NCBI GenBank assembly: GCA_041743505.1
Contig: JBGTMQ010000017.1
Location: 15,680-79,679, forward strand
Direction of reading: 5' to 3'
DNA length: 64,000 nt
From: Candidatus Saccharimonadia bacterium
GTDB taxonomy: Bacteria > Patescibacteriota > Saccharimonadia > UBA4664
The notes under the pieces are model-generated. The model made no database searches, was not told the origin of the DNA, and was given only the letters and a program-made list of their open reading frames with translations. The position numbers were made by a program, and so were the translations under genes. Of this stretch, positions 50,490 to 59,852 are shown one piece after another; the stretch's first letter is position 1; each line of letters opens with the position of its first letter.

Positions 50490-50810
50490 TTATCGTTTTT
50501 TCTTCGTCACCAACTCATACGAATGATCTATCAGCTCCCGCACCAGCTCATCCGGCAACTTCCCGGTCAAATCCAGCGTGTTCCAGTGCTGCTTGTTCAA
50601 ATGATAACCAGCCGTAACCTCCGGATAATCCTGCCGCAAAATCTGCGCCCGCACCGGGTCACATTTAAGGCTAATCGACCGCGGCGCCTCACTCGCCGGC
50701 GCCACAGCAAACATCTTGCCACCTACCTTAAACACCGTTGCCTCCGGTCCAAACGGATACGTCTCCTCTGCACCGGGCTTGCTCAAGCAATATTTCACCA
50801 CATCAATCAT
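50490..50810 (-). CDS. MmcQ/YjbR-family protein
   Basis: EETYPFG, FKVGGKMF, LKCDP, GYHLNKQHWN, SYELV. Confidence 0.92.
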   Translation of the reverse strand: MIDVVKYCLSKPGAEETYPFGPEATVFKVGGKMFAVAPASEAPRSISLKCDPVRAQILRQDYPEVTAGYHLNKQHWNTLDLTGKLPDELVRELIDHSYELVTKKKR

Positions 50811-51229
50811 GATTTTCCGCTCGGTTTAAAATCCAACGCACACGAACTCACGCAATAATGCTGCCCCGACTTAGCCGCCGGATCACCCTCAAACAAATGC
50901 CCCAAATGCGAGCCGCACCGGGCACAAGTCACCTCGGTCCGCCGCATGCCAAACGAGTTGTCTTCACGTAGCTCCACCCGGCCTTTCGCCGCCTCAGCAT
51001 AAAATGCCGGCCAGCCCTGCAAACCAGGCAAGGTACTCTCAAACTTCGTATCCGCTAAAAATAGCTCCTGACCGCAAGCCGCACAATGATAAGTCCCGTC
51101 CTCGTAATTGTCTACGTACCGAGCAGTCCCAGGCGCCTCAGTTCCTTTCTCACGAAGCACATGGTATTGCTCCGGCGTCAGCCTCTCACGCCAATACTCC
51201 TCGGGCTTATCCCGCATGTCCTCAGTCAT
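50807..51229 (-). CDS. msrB: Peptide-methionine (R)-S-oxide reductase
   Basis: LTPEQYHVLREKGTE, CAAC, GWPAF, RTEV.C..C.SHLGHLF. Confidence 0.95.
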   Translation of the reverse strand: MTEDMRDKPEEYWRERLTPEQYHVLREKGTEAPGTARYVDNYEDGTYHCAACGQELFLADTKFESTLPGLQGWPAFYAEAAKGRVELREDNSFGMRRTEVTCARCGSHLGHLFEGDPAAKSGQHYCVSSCALDFKPSGKS

Positions 51230-51250
51230 AATCTTTATTCCTTTCCCGAG

Positions 51251-51757
51251 TTAACGAATACGAGAATACGTCGTCTCAGCCCCGCCGTCCTTGCTTCCGT
51301 CCGGTGCAAGATTATCCATCCTGATAATTACTTTATCCTTGCTCACAATCTCAATCATCGTGCGCCAACCATAACTGACTTCACCCTCACCGTTTCCCAG
51401 GTCAATCGAATAGTGGCCAACTACCGAAAAGCTTTCGCCTGCCTCGCCCTTAGAAAACATAATACCGTCCCCATTGTGAAAGCTATCAACCCAAGCCGAT
51501 TCGAACTGTTTTGTGGCAGTATTATAACCGTAAATAGCCGCCCCGGAGTGAGGCTTCCCGTCCACACTCCCCCGGTATTCATGCAAAATAAACCGGCCGT
51601 CAAGCATTAACCGCATTGTCCCGCTGGTTTTATCAGTCAAAATGGGACTCTCAGCACCAAACTGGACGGTAGTCACACCTTCCCACTCACCCACGAGTCC
51701 GCTAAGTAAAGGATGCAAATCTTCCTCTTTCATTTTCTCAGACGAATCATTACTCAT
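51251..51757 (-). CDS. DUF1579-like protein
   Basis: LVGEWEG, LDGRFI, GYN, WVDSFH. Confidence 0.75.
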   Translation of the reverse strand: MSNDSSEKMKEEDLHPLLSGLVGEWEGVTTVQFGAESPILTDKTSGTMRLMLDGRFILHEYRGSVDGKPHSGAAIYGYNTATKQFESAWVDSFHNGDGIMFSKGEAGESFSVVGHYSIDLGNGEGEVSYGWRTMIEIVSKDKVIIRMDNLAPDGSKDGGAETTYSRIR

Positions 51758-51843
51758 AAATCTATTATATCCCTCAATCACCAACTTCCGCACTACACAA
51801 ACCCAGCCGGTCGCACAAAAAACGGGGCCGGATCGTATCGGGC

Positions 51844-52371
51844 TCAATACTGATACACATAGGCCTTCGCGGCATATGAAGCCGAGCCTTTGAGCTCAAT
51901 CACAGCCTGTGCCCGCCGCGCCAGCGGAAACTGTACCGACACTACTCTGGCGCCACGAGGTAACATTTGGTCAAACCTAGGCTCCAAACGGCGCATCAAC
52001 TCCGGGCCCAAATACACTACCACCCGGTTGGCCCGGGACAAGTCCTGGTCCAAAACGTCACGGCGCACCAACCTTACGGCGCCCCTTGTCCGCCACCTGG
52101 CTAATCCCAGTAGCAAAAAATTATTTTCGATCCCAACACAACTCACACCCCCAACCGCCTTAACCGCCATCAAGACCCTCCCGTCCCCGCAACCCAAGTC
52201 ATAAACCACATCACCACGGGCCAGTTGCAGCGCCTTCAGTACCTGAGGAATAGCCGCATCAGGCAAGGACACATAGGGCACCCGGTTGCGCAACAAAAAA
52301 TAGCCATGCAGCAGGAATAATCCCACAAAAAGGGCCCAAAAAGCCCCAACGATCAGTGCAACCCACTGCAT
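51844..52371 (-). CDS. Membrane-anchored class I SAM methyltransferase
   Basis: N-terminal TM, VPYV, YDLGCGDGR. Confidence 0.85.
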   Translation of the reverse strand: MQWVALIVGAFWALFVGLFLLHGYFLLRNRVPYVSLPDAAIPQVLKALQLARGDVVYDLGCGDGRVLMAVKAVGGVSCVGIENNFLLLGLARWRTRGAVRLVRRDVLDQDLSRANRVVVYLGPELMRRLEPRFDQMLPRGARVVSVQFPLARRAQAVIELKGSASYAAKAYVYQY

Positions 52372-52440
52372 TAATCATCCTCCACTAGGCCTATTCTACG
52401 CCAAAAACCAAAGACAGTCCTAGCGAACCAGGACTGTCTT

Positions 52441-52528
52441 TGGCGGAGGGAGAGGGATTCGAACCCTCGAGGGCTTGCACCCAACGCGCTTTCCAAGCGC
52501 GCGCCATAGGCCACTAGGCGACCCCTCC
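52441..52528 (-). tRNA. tRNA-Ser(GGA)
   Basis: Cloverleaf: acceptor GGAGGGG/TCCCTCC, anticodon arm CGCGC-TTGGAAA-GCGCG, long variable arm, TTCGAAT, encoded CCA. Confidence 0.97.
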
Positions 52529-52586
52529 GAACCGGACTATTATAACCATCTTTTTCAGTTTGAGCCATAATGTCGCCCGGACGAAA

Positions 52587-52615
52587 TTGACTTATACAAC
52601 AATACGTATTATAAT
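52587..52615 (+). promoter_or_regulatory. Sigma70 promoter
   Basis: TTGACT-17-TATAAT. Confidence 0.8.
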
Positions 52616-52676
52616 ATATAACACGCACCTTATAGGGTAAACTCCTTACCCTACGATCGACCTTTAAGGGGGCCAA

Positions 52677-53045
52677 ATGCGTGCTGTCATTCCCTTGGTT
52701 GTCATCCTTTTTCTCATTCTGATGACCTGGCTTGTGTTTACCATTTACCGGGCCGGGCAGACGAGACGCATCAACGCAATTGCGGCAGCCGAGGAAGATC
52801 GTTGGGCCAAGGCCATTGCGGCTGCCCGGTGGGAGGATTCACATCGTACGCGCGGCGACATAACCGACGTCATCGTACAAAAAGTAGCCCGCCTCTCGTC
52901 TGGCGAGGAACATGAGCTTGCACCACCGGCAGTCATTGAGTCGATTGCAAATTCAGATCCTGATTGGCACAACAAGTTCAAGATCGCCAAGCAGGAAGCC
53001 TGGAGTCGGGCGATTGATCTCAACAATCCTCCTCTCACAATATAG
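52677..53045 (+). CDS. Single-TM hypothetical protein
   Basis: AAGGGG SD; N-terminal TM. Confidence 0.7.
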   Translation: MRAVIPLVVILFLILMTWLVFTIYRAGQTRRINAIAAAEEDRWAKAIAAARWEDSHRTRGDITDVIVQKVARLSSGEEHELAPPAVIESIANSDPDWHNKFKIAKQEAWSRAIDLNNPPLTI

Positions 53046-53061
53046 GCAGCTATCTCCAACA

Positions 53062-53113
53062 CCGCCAGCGCGGCGGAGTTCAGGACATTAGTCCTGGGCT
53101 CCGCCCCTGGCGG
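53062..53113 (+). terminator. Long hairpin, repeat copy 1 of 3
   Basis: ccgcc..ggcggagttcaggac-loop-gtcctgggctccgcccctggcgg. Confidence 0.8.
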
Positions 53114-53163
53114 ATTCTCTTTGCCCTAGCCACAAAATAAGCCCGCACACAAATCAAATATGC

Positions 53164-53300
53164 TTGACTAATATATAAATATGTACTATAATTAAAGAAT
53201 AGCCATTCCCGCAAATACTTTCATTCTCGAGACTCACGTGGGTAGAGTCCGGAAATGAGGGGTTTTGCTCCTCCGGTTGGACGACCGCCTCGTCTAGCAC
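53164..53300 (+). promoter_or_regulatory. Promoter and structured leader motif, copy 1
   Basis: TTGACT-17-TATAAT; GCAAAT...GGGTAGAGTCCGGAAATGAGG. Confidence 0.65.
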
Positions 53301-53328
53301 CCTCACATCTGGAAGGAGTTGAGCCCAA

Positions 53329-55131
53329 ATGGGCCCGTTCCTCAAAACGCTCGGCAAAATAGCCGCGGTCTGGCTCTTACTGCCGTTCCTGATCTTTCTC
53401 TATTGGGTATGCCTCAAGCTGATCGTACCCGGTTTTGGCGGCTGGCATACCGAACTCTGGCTATGGCTCGATAGATGGTTCTATTCGGGTGGTGGCTGGC
53501 TCTGGATATGGCTGGTAATTGTCTCAATCATCAGCCTGCTCATAGTCGCCGATGCCCTTGGTTACGAGTCCCGCAGCTCAAGACAGCTTCACGCCGGTCT
53601 CGGCCTTCTGCTGGTCATTAGCCTGCTCGTCTCGGGATTCCAGTTCATTAATGTAATCTGGAACAACGACAAGGACTGGGCCAAATACTACGCCAGCACC
53701 ACGACATTCGTCATACCGGATCTCAACAACCCACCGGCCTCCATCAGAAAACTGTTCGATCGGAATCCCCACGGGGACAACAAGCCGTGCGTCCTGCTCG
53801 GCCCGGTCAGCGTATCCGGAGAAGCCGACGATATCCCAGTTTGCATTACACCGGGCACACTGCCCATCGCAGGCTGGGAATCACGGGTGTCATCACTGGA
53901 TGCAGCAAAGTTCATGCTCAAAAACGCCTCTGGCGCCACCCCGGGCACGAACATCAACGAAGACACTGTCACCTATCTCAATGCCAGTAATGGCAACGCG
54001 GCCAGGTGGAGTGCCATCCGGGACGGCTCCGGTATTAGCCAACCCATGGACGCCATCATCGAGTGGACCGGCCAGGGTAGTCCCACGGCTTGCTTCTTCC
54101 GGGGCCCACACAGCATCAACCGGGCATTTGCGGGCGGCAAAATGAATAACCTCCCGAATCTGCTCAACGACCTCCATCCCCGGTTGCTCTTTGATACCAA
54201 AGACGCCTGGGGTTACTGCAATAACGGGGAGCCGGTTATTGTCCTACCTGTGCAGGAGCAGATTCACATCCCTACCCGGACAGCACAAACTGCCGCGGGT
54301 GTCGTGATTATGCGGGGATCGCCTTCGGGCGCTCCCAAGTTCGAGCACAAGCGCAACATCGCGCCTGGCGAGCTACCGGGGCCGGTTTACCCCATGACTC
54401 TGGTAGCCGCTCAACGCGAAGCCATCCCTTGGACGCCGGGCCGGGCCATCATGAACAACAACAACTTTGGCTACGATCCGACAACCCACGAGGCTCAAGA
54501 AGGGAATGTTTCGGAGTATCTGCTCCGCAGCGAAACCGACGACCGCCTCTACTGGGTTACCCCGCTCACCCCCAACGGAGACTCACAGGTCCTAGTTGGA
54601 TACTCAGTCACCCCGGCCGACACAGTCAACCAGGGTTCACTGAACGAGCAGAAGATCTACATGCTGGCTGATAACGATCCCAGGATTATCAACCTGGCCA
54701 TCTTGTTCAGCAAGGCTCAGAACTACATGGCCCACCTTAACCCCGGTTTCGCCTCGAATCATGGCAAGGTAACCGAATTCCTACCAACAGGCGGTGCCCA
54801 GGGTGATGAATGGCAAGCATATGGCGAGCTCAACGGACAGGTTATCTACAAGATCACCCTGTCAGCAAGCGAATCGGTTCACCCGATCGCCGTCTCGCTG
54901 CACCGGGACTTCCCACTGCCCAGTCCAGAGCAGCAGCTAGCCGGGACCACGCAGTCAGCTCCTTCAAGTCAACCAGCCCAACAGGGCCAAGCACCCACTA
55001 CCCAGACCCCCACCGGTCTGAACTGCGGGCGGCCACTTGATCAAATCCCTCCAACGGATCTGATCACGTGCATCAGGGGTTTCGCTGACGAGTTAGCTCG
55101 CCGGCCGGCCACAAACCAGCCTGGAGGCTGA
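53329..55131 (+). CDS. Large membrane protein with extracellular domain
   Basis: AAGGAG SD; 3 N-terminal TMs; 600 aa; no family recognised. Confidence 0.8.
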   Translation: MGPFLKTLGKIAAVWLLLPFLIFLYWVCLKLIVPGFGGWHTELWLWLDRWFYSGGGWLWIWLVIVSIISLLIVADALGYESRSSRQLHAGLGLLLVISLLVSGFQFINVIWNNDKDWAKYYASTTTFVIPDLNNPPASIRKLFDRNPHGDNKPCVLLGPVSVSGEADDIPVCITPGTLPIAGWESRVSSLDAAKFMLKNASGATPGTNINEDTVTYLNASNGNAARWSAIRDGSGISQPMDAIIEWTGQGSPTACFFRGPHSINRAFAGGKMNNLPNLLNDLHPRLLFDTKDAWGYCNNGEPVIVLPVQEQIHIPTRTAQTAAGVVIMRGSPSGAPKFEHKRNIAPGELPGPVYPMTLVAAQREAIPWTPGRAIMNNNNFGYDPTTHEAQEGNVSEYLLRSETDDRLYWVTPLTPNGDSQVLVGYSVTPADTVNQGSLNEQKIYMLADNDPRIINLAILFSKAQNYMAHLNPGFASNHGKVTEFLPTGGAQGDEWQAYGELNGQVIYKITLSASESVHPIAVSLHRDFPLPSPEQQLAGTTQSAPSSQPAQQGQAPTTQTPTGLNCGRPLDQIPPTDLITCIRGFADELARRPATNQPGG

Positions 55132-55169
55132 CACAGCGCCCACCCCGCCGGCCTCAGAGCCGGCAACCC

Positions 55170-55232
55170 CCGCCAGTACGGCGGAGTTCAGGACATCCAG
55201 TCCTGGGCTCCGCCCCTGGCGGTTTTTCTTTT
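55170..55232 (+). terminator. Long hairpin terminator, repeat copy 2 of 3
   Basis: Same sequence as copy 1, followed by a T tract. Confidence 0.85.
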
Positions 55233-55264
55233 ACCCCCAACCAAATAGCCATTTCCCACCTCAG

Positions 55265-55402
55265 TTGACGAACCATATCAAACGTGTTATTAATAGTTAA
55301 GTTTTAAGTCTATTGGCAAATCTTTTCGTCCTAGCGGCTTTCGAGGGTAAAGTCCGGAAACGAGGAGGTTTGCTTCCTCGGCTACAGCTCAGGCTGCTGC
55401 AC
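55265..55402 (+). promoter_or_regulatory. Promoter and structured leader motif, copy 2
   Basis: TTGACG-17-(TGt)TATTAA; GCAAAT...GGGTAAAGTCCGGAAACGAGG. Confidence 0.65.
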
Positions 55403-55449
55403 ATTGACAGACAATTCCCACCCACGACCATACTCGGAGAGGAGGATCG

Positions 55450-56502
55450 ATGGGACGATTTATCAGCCTATGGCTAGCTATCCTCGGGCTCACGCTCCTG
55501 GCAACCCCATCAGCCAACGCCGCGACTTACCTCGAAGAGGCGGCCGCGGGGTTACAAGAGGCCAGAGTGTTTGTCTCTGCGCAAGCAGAAAACACCACCC
55601 CGGAAACCACCGGCCGGCTGGAACGGCTCCTCAATGATCGCGACGGCATTGTCATCGCGATACTGCCGGAAGCCGCTTCCACCGAAACCAACGGGGACGT
55701 CCAGGAATTCGCCCGCCGGCTCGACGCAAAGCTTGGCAATAAGTCCGTCGTAGCCGTCGCCATCGGCAAGAAAGTTGCGGCCTCCGCAGCAATTCTGCCT
55801 ACTGGTGTCGCTGTCGAGCAGGCCAAACGCGCCAGTACCGTCTCTTCCAACACGGAAGAAACCCTGGGCACGTTTATTGCCAATATCCACGACTACCAGC
55901 GAGCACACCCAGAGATCAAGATTCCTGCACCGCCAAGCGCTCCAGCGCCGGCCGAAACTGAATCCAGCAGCAATCTGGGCTGGATACTGATTGCGGCTTT
56001 GGCAGTCTCGTTCCTGATCGTCATCTTCATGCTCCTTGGCCCTGGATCGAAGCGGACGACACCAGTCGTGCCTCGTCCGGCCAACCCGGAGTTCGACCTC
56101 ACGTCGCCACCGGTCGTCCGCGAAGTTCTGTCAGGGGTTTTGGCCCTCCGGTCACAGATCCGCGACACCGAACTGCGGAGTACCATCACCCAGCTGGCTC
56201 AAGACATCGAATACTTGTTCGGTGAACTGAGTCAGAGCAAGGAAGTTGGCATCGTCGAGGTTAACGCTGACAGGTTCAACCAGAACCTAAATAGCATCCG
56301 GGAAGTCCTGGTCAAGTACATCAGGATCCAGGACAACCCGCGCTACTACCCACAGGAGTCGCTGGCCAAAGGCCGCCAATCAGTGGCCGATTTTGCCCAG
56401 CACGTACTGCAATGGACCCAGTCCGTCAGCAGTATGAGCCTCCTGGAGTACAACGTTAACACCGAGCTCCTGTCCACCCGTGAAAGGCGGCCAGGACAGT
56501 GA
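55450..56502 (+). CDS. Protein with secreted TPM-like domain, TM and helical (XpaC-like) cytoplasmic domain
   Basis: Signal peptide ANA/A; IVIAILP; central TM; VLVKYIRIQDNPRYY. Family calls are tentative. Confidence 0.6.
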   Translation: MGRFISLWLAILGLTLLATPSANAATYLEEAAAGLQEARVFVSAQAENTTPETTGRLERLLNDRDGIVIAILPEAASTETNGDVQEFARRLDAKLGNKSVVAVAIGKKVAASAAILPTGVAVEQAKRASTVSSNTEETLGTFIANIHDYQRAHPEIKIPAPPSAPAPAETESSSNLGWILIAALAVSFLIVIFMLLGPGSKRTTPVVPRPANPEFDLTSPPVVREVLSGVLALRSQIRDTELRSTITQLAQDIEYLFGELSQSKEVGIVEVNADRFNQNLNSIREVLVKYIRIQDNPRYYPQESLAKGRQSVADFAQHVLQWTQSVSSMSLLEYNVNTELLSTRERRPGQ

Positions 56503-56858
56503 CCGGCAACCAAGACGGCCTCGTAGTCGTCGTTGACGGTCGCCTGACTCCTCGCTTCGCAGCTACCTTACTGCGAACATGCGAGGCAGCCATAGACCTG
56601 CTCGAGGACGTCCCCGTCCGCGAGTTATGGCTGCGGCACGATCTGCCGGATCGCACCGGCATCACCACGCTCGTTGAGTTTCTTGTCAGCGAGTCTCCCT
56701 GGGAGGGACGGTCACAGATCGAAACGATCGTTCTCTTCTCGCCGTCCGGTGATGGTGGTGAGCTCAAAGCCCTGCTTCAGCCTCACTACCAGATCCGGCT
56801 CGAAAAAGTTACCCCCGAATTGTTCGATGAGCTTCCCGAAGCTCTTGGAGAAAGGTAA
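56499..56858 (+). CDS. Hypothetical protein
   Basis: Coupled (GTGA) within the operon. Confidence 0.65.
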   Translation: MTGNQDGLVVVVDGRLTPRFAATLLRTCEAAIDLLEDVPVRELWLRHDLPDRTGITTLVEFLVSESPWEGRSQIETIVLFSPSGDGGELKALLQPHYQIRLEKVTPELFDELPEALGER

Positions 56859-56866
56859 GGCAGGTA

Positions 56867-57802
56867 ATGAAACGACGCACGAGAGTCTTGGCGCTGTTTC
56901 TCGGCATTATCGCCATGGTCGCCACCCTCGGAGCTTGCTCCTCGGCCACCAACACCGACCAGTGCGCCTGGGTGGTGGGCGATGGCCAAGACGGCGGCGA
57001 CCGCAACCTCCACCGGGTTGTCTACCCCGGTCAGGCTGCCAACGAGGGGGTGAACGAAGATGTTTGGTTTGTCCCCTGTAGTTACCGTAACTTCATCGTT
57101 ACCCCCCGTACTGACGTCGGTGACCGGCACGACGCCGTCCTCATCCGGACCAAGAGCCCGGACGGCCAAACACCGGGAACACCACTGAAGGTGTGGTTGT
57201 CGGCCTATTGGACTCCCAACCAGGACCGCGCCGCCATGGAAGATTTCTTGGCGCTGTGCCGAAAGTACACCTGCTACACGCAAAGTGCTGACGAGGCCGG
57301 TTCCGCCAATTACTCCACCCCGGGCTGGAACTCAATGCTACGGGAGAACTTCAGCTTCCCGATCGACCGCATTGGGCTGGTAGCAGGCACTGAGTTTGAC
57401 GACAGCCTTTGGCGTAACCCTTCCAAAGAGCAGACTGACAAACTCGCCAACCGGATGTCCGAGCTCTTCGCCGAGGAAGTCCGCCGCACTACCGGCTCCA
57501 ACAAGGACCTGTTCTGCGGATCAGGTAACTCTGCCTGGCCGGACCCCACCAAGCCTGGCGAGGGTGAGTTCAAGTGCACCCAGGTCCGGTTTGCCATTGA
57601 CCGGATCGAACCGGATGACCCGAAGCTCGTCGAGCAAACTAACCAGGCCAACGTCACCGACCAGCGCCGTCAGGATGCCGAGAAGCTTTACGGGCCTACT
57701 TGGGCGCCGTACTGGCTGGGCGTGCAGGACGCCTGCCGCGACAAGCCCAACTGCACCATCGTTGTCAGCCCCAACGGGAGCCTTCCGGTCCCCGTCCGCT
57801 GA
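56867..57802 (+). CDS. Lipoprotein, SPFH/band-7-like
   Basis: Lipobox LGAC; GWNSMLRENF..PIDR; C...RFAIDRIEP. SPFH call is tentative. Confidence 0.6.
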   Translation: MKRRTRVLALFLGIIAMVATLGACSSATNTDQCAWVVGDGQDGGDRNLHRVVYPGQAANEGVNEDVWFVPCSYRNFIVTPRTDVGDRHDAVLIRTKSPDGQTPGTPLKVWLSAYWTPNQDRAAMEDFLALCRKYTCYTQSADEAGSANYSTPGWNSMLRENFSFPIDRIGLVAGTEFDDSLWRNPSKEQTDKLANRMSELFAEEVRRTTGSNKDLFCGSGNSAWPDPTKPGEGEFKCTQVRFAIDRIEPDDPKLVEQTNQANVTDQRRQDAEKLYGPTWAPYWLGVQDACRDKPNCTIVVSPNGSLPVPVR

Positions 57803-57826
57803 TCCATCCGCCGCCTAGCCGGCACA

Positions 57827-57888
57827 CCGCCTTGCGGCGGAGTTCAGGACATCTAGTCCTGGGCTCCGCCCCTGGCGGTTTTTTCTTT
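57827..57888 (+). terminator. Long hairpin terminator, repeat copy 3 of 3
   Basis: Same sequence as copies 1 and 2, followed by a T tract. Confidence 0.85.
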
Positions 57889-57919
57889 GCCTCTTCACCC
57901 CACCCTACACCGGCTCACT

Positions 57920-58978
57920 CTATACCAGCTCAGCCTTCAGTTTCTCAATCAAATCCACCGGCGTCGGGTCAATACCGTTCAAAAACGCCAGATACACCAT
58001 CACGAAATCACCCAAAATCATCGTCCATAGCATCTGCTCCAGCTTGGTTTTACCTTCGGCATAAACCTCAATCGGCGCAAACTGGCCTGAGCGCAGTTTA
58101 TTAGTCACATCAAAACGCTTCTGCACCTGAGGATGATCCAGGTTCGAGCGTAGCTCAATCACCCTCAGCCCGCTCCGTTCCGGGTGGTTCCAGCCCAAAA
58201 ATTCATTATGGTTAAATTCGGGAAAGTAATTATAAAAAGCCAAGTGCTTGGCATTCTCATTGGCATTAATCTTCCACTTCATCGCCGGCAGCGCCAAAGT
58301 CGGACCACCGTAAACCACCACCGGGTGACCCAACAGCTCGGCTGCAATCTGCTTGGCCGGATTATCAGCCGTCGGCACATCGGCCATCCAGGCAGGTAGC
58401 TCACCCGCTACCCAGTCTGCAGCCGCTTCTAGCTCCTTCTGAGCACCTTTAGCCAGTCCAAGCGTCTCCAACAGCACCGTCAGAGCCTTAACGCCGTACA
58501 GCACCGCCATACGCGGCTGCAGCCCACTTGGCAAATCCAAGTGTGGATGGCCGTGCGGCACAGTCCGGATGTGATGGTGATCTTTATCCTGAGCCAGCTC
58601 CAACAATTTGCCACCCGCCGTCATTACCACAATCTTGGCCCCGCGCTCCTCAGCCTGCTCCAGCATGCTCAGCGCCTCCTCGGTATTACCCGAGTAACTT
58701 GACGCCACCACCAGCGTGTCCGGTCCCACAAAGGCCGGCAGAGTATAATCACGGACAATCACAACCGGCAATGCCAAACGGTCTGCCAGCCAGCTTTTAG
58801 CAAATTCCGCCGGTAGCGCCGAACCCCCTAAGCCGGCTACCACGATCTGCCTTATGTTCACTAGCTTGCTAACATCGGCTAGTTCATATTGATGGTTCAA
58901 TTGGTCCGGTTGCCCGGCTATCACACCAAGGGCGTTGTGCTTATCGTAACGCGCGATAAAATCAGCTTGGTCCAGCAT
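57920..58978 (-). CDS. Bifunctional phosphoglucose/phosphomannose isomerase (SIS)
   Basis: GLGGSA, SSYSGNTEE, QPR, NENAK, PEFNHNE, DPTPVDLIEKLK. Confidence 0.93.
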   Translation of the reverse strand: MLDQADFIARYDKHNALGVIAGQPDQLNHQYELADVSKLVNIRQIVVAGLGGSALPAEFAKSWLADRLALPVVIVRDYTLPAFVGPDTLVVASSYSGNTEEALSMLEQAEERGAKIVVMTAGGKLLELAQDKDHHHIRTVPHGHPHLDLPSGLQPRMAVLYGVKALTVLLETLGLAKGAQKELEAAADWVAGELPAWMADVPTADNPAKQIAAELLGHPVVVYGGPTLALPAMKWKINANENAKHLAFYNYFPEFNHNEFLGWNHPERSGLRVIELRSNLDHPQVQKRFDVTNKLRSGQFAPIEVYAEGKTKLEQMLWTMILGDFVMVYLAFLNGIDPTPVDLIEKLKAELV

Positions 58979-59050
58979 ACCTCTAGTCTCCTTGCCAGGT
59001 ATTATGACATGAAGCGGCCCCCGAGTCTTGCAAGACTCGGGGGCCGGTAT

Positions 59051-59650
59051 TCATCCTCCGGCGGATACCGCTGGGAGCAGCCTGCTCACAATTCTCCGGG
59101 CCTTCATCAATACCTGTTCGAGGCTATTGAGATCCCGCCGGGACGAATAGCGTGAAACCGGGCGTCGCAACGACTCCCGGTCCGTTTGCCAAAGCCCACC
59201 ATGGCCATTAAGCCGGGACCCATGCTCGCCCATGAGTACAGTCCGTGCTACCTCAAGCCGGTCAGCCCGCTCAGCATGTCTCTGAACGTTACCTTCAGCT
59301 ACGCAAACCGCTCGCGCCAATTCATACCGCCGGGCTATGCCGGTCGAAACAGTGCGGTAAACCCGCCCATTACCCAAAACGCCCAGAAGTTTGTCTCCAT
59401 ATTCGCCGAGTAAGGCTTCGCGGCGGCTACGAACACTATCAGCCAACACCGCCCATCCTATCTGAAGACACCACAAAATACCTGAACGGTAGTTGGGACC
59501 GGCATCCACGGGGACAGGTGGGGCCAGCGTTTCCAGAACACGACCCGTTACCACAGCCAGACCGCCGGCCCGGACAAACGCTCCACGGTAATCTTCCAGC
59601 CTTTCAGCCGATGGAATGCCGCCGTTGCTACCGGTCTTGTCGCCTGCCAT
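59051..59650 (-). CDS. Hypothetical protein, paralog B
   Basis: AAGGAG SD; AFVRAGGLAVVTGRV. Confidence 0.7.
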   Translation of the reverse strand: MAGDKTGSNGGIPSAERLEDYRGAFVRAGGLAVVTGRVLETLAPPVPVDAGPNYRSGILWCLQIGWAVLADSVRSRREALLGEYGDKLLGVLGNGRVYRTVSTGIARRYELARAVCVAEGNVQRHAERADRLEVARTVLMGEHGSRLNGHGGLWQTDRESLRRPVSRYSSRRDLNSLEQVLMKARRIVSRLLPAVSAGG

Positions 59651-59852
59651 AACGACCACTCCTTAGCGTAAAGCCGCACGGATTGTCGACGATCACCTTA
59701 CAAAATCCCGTAAGGACTAACTATATTATAGATTATTTCTACCGCTTGAAAGTTTAATGCTAATCTAAACACTCAAGTGGTATGACAACACGTGCAGTAA
59801 TATGGTTTGGAGGGTGGCCGGCGCAGCCGGCCACCCTCCAACGAAAAACTAG

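Noticed and set aside
52371-52676. 101-aa minus-strand ORF
   Set aside because: Overlaps tRNA-Ser on the same strand; spurious.
53211-53300. c-di-GMP-I riboswitch (because of GCAAA and GAAA)
   Set aside because: Lacks the GNRA-capped P2 and second GCAAA arrangement; kept as an unknown motif.
53062-57888. Three near-identical repeats as a CRISPR array
   Set aside because: Separated by 2-2.6 kb of coding sequence; they are hairpins after stop codons; no cas genes.
52441-57900. Prophage or integrative element at tRNA-Ser
   Set aside because: The islet is on the tRNA 5' side, with no integrase, no duplicated tRNA 3' end and no phage genes.
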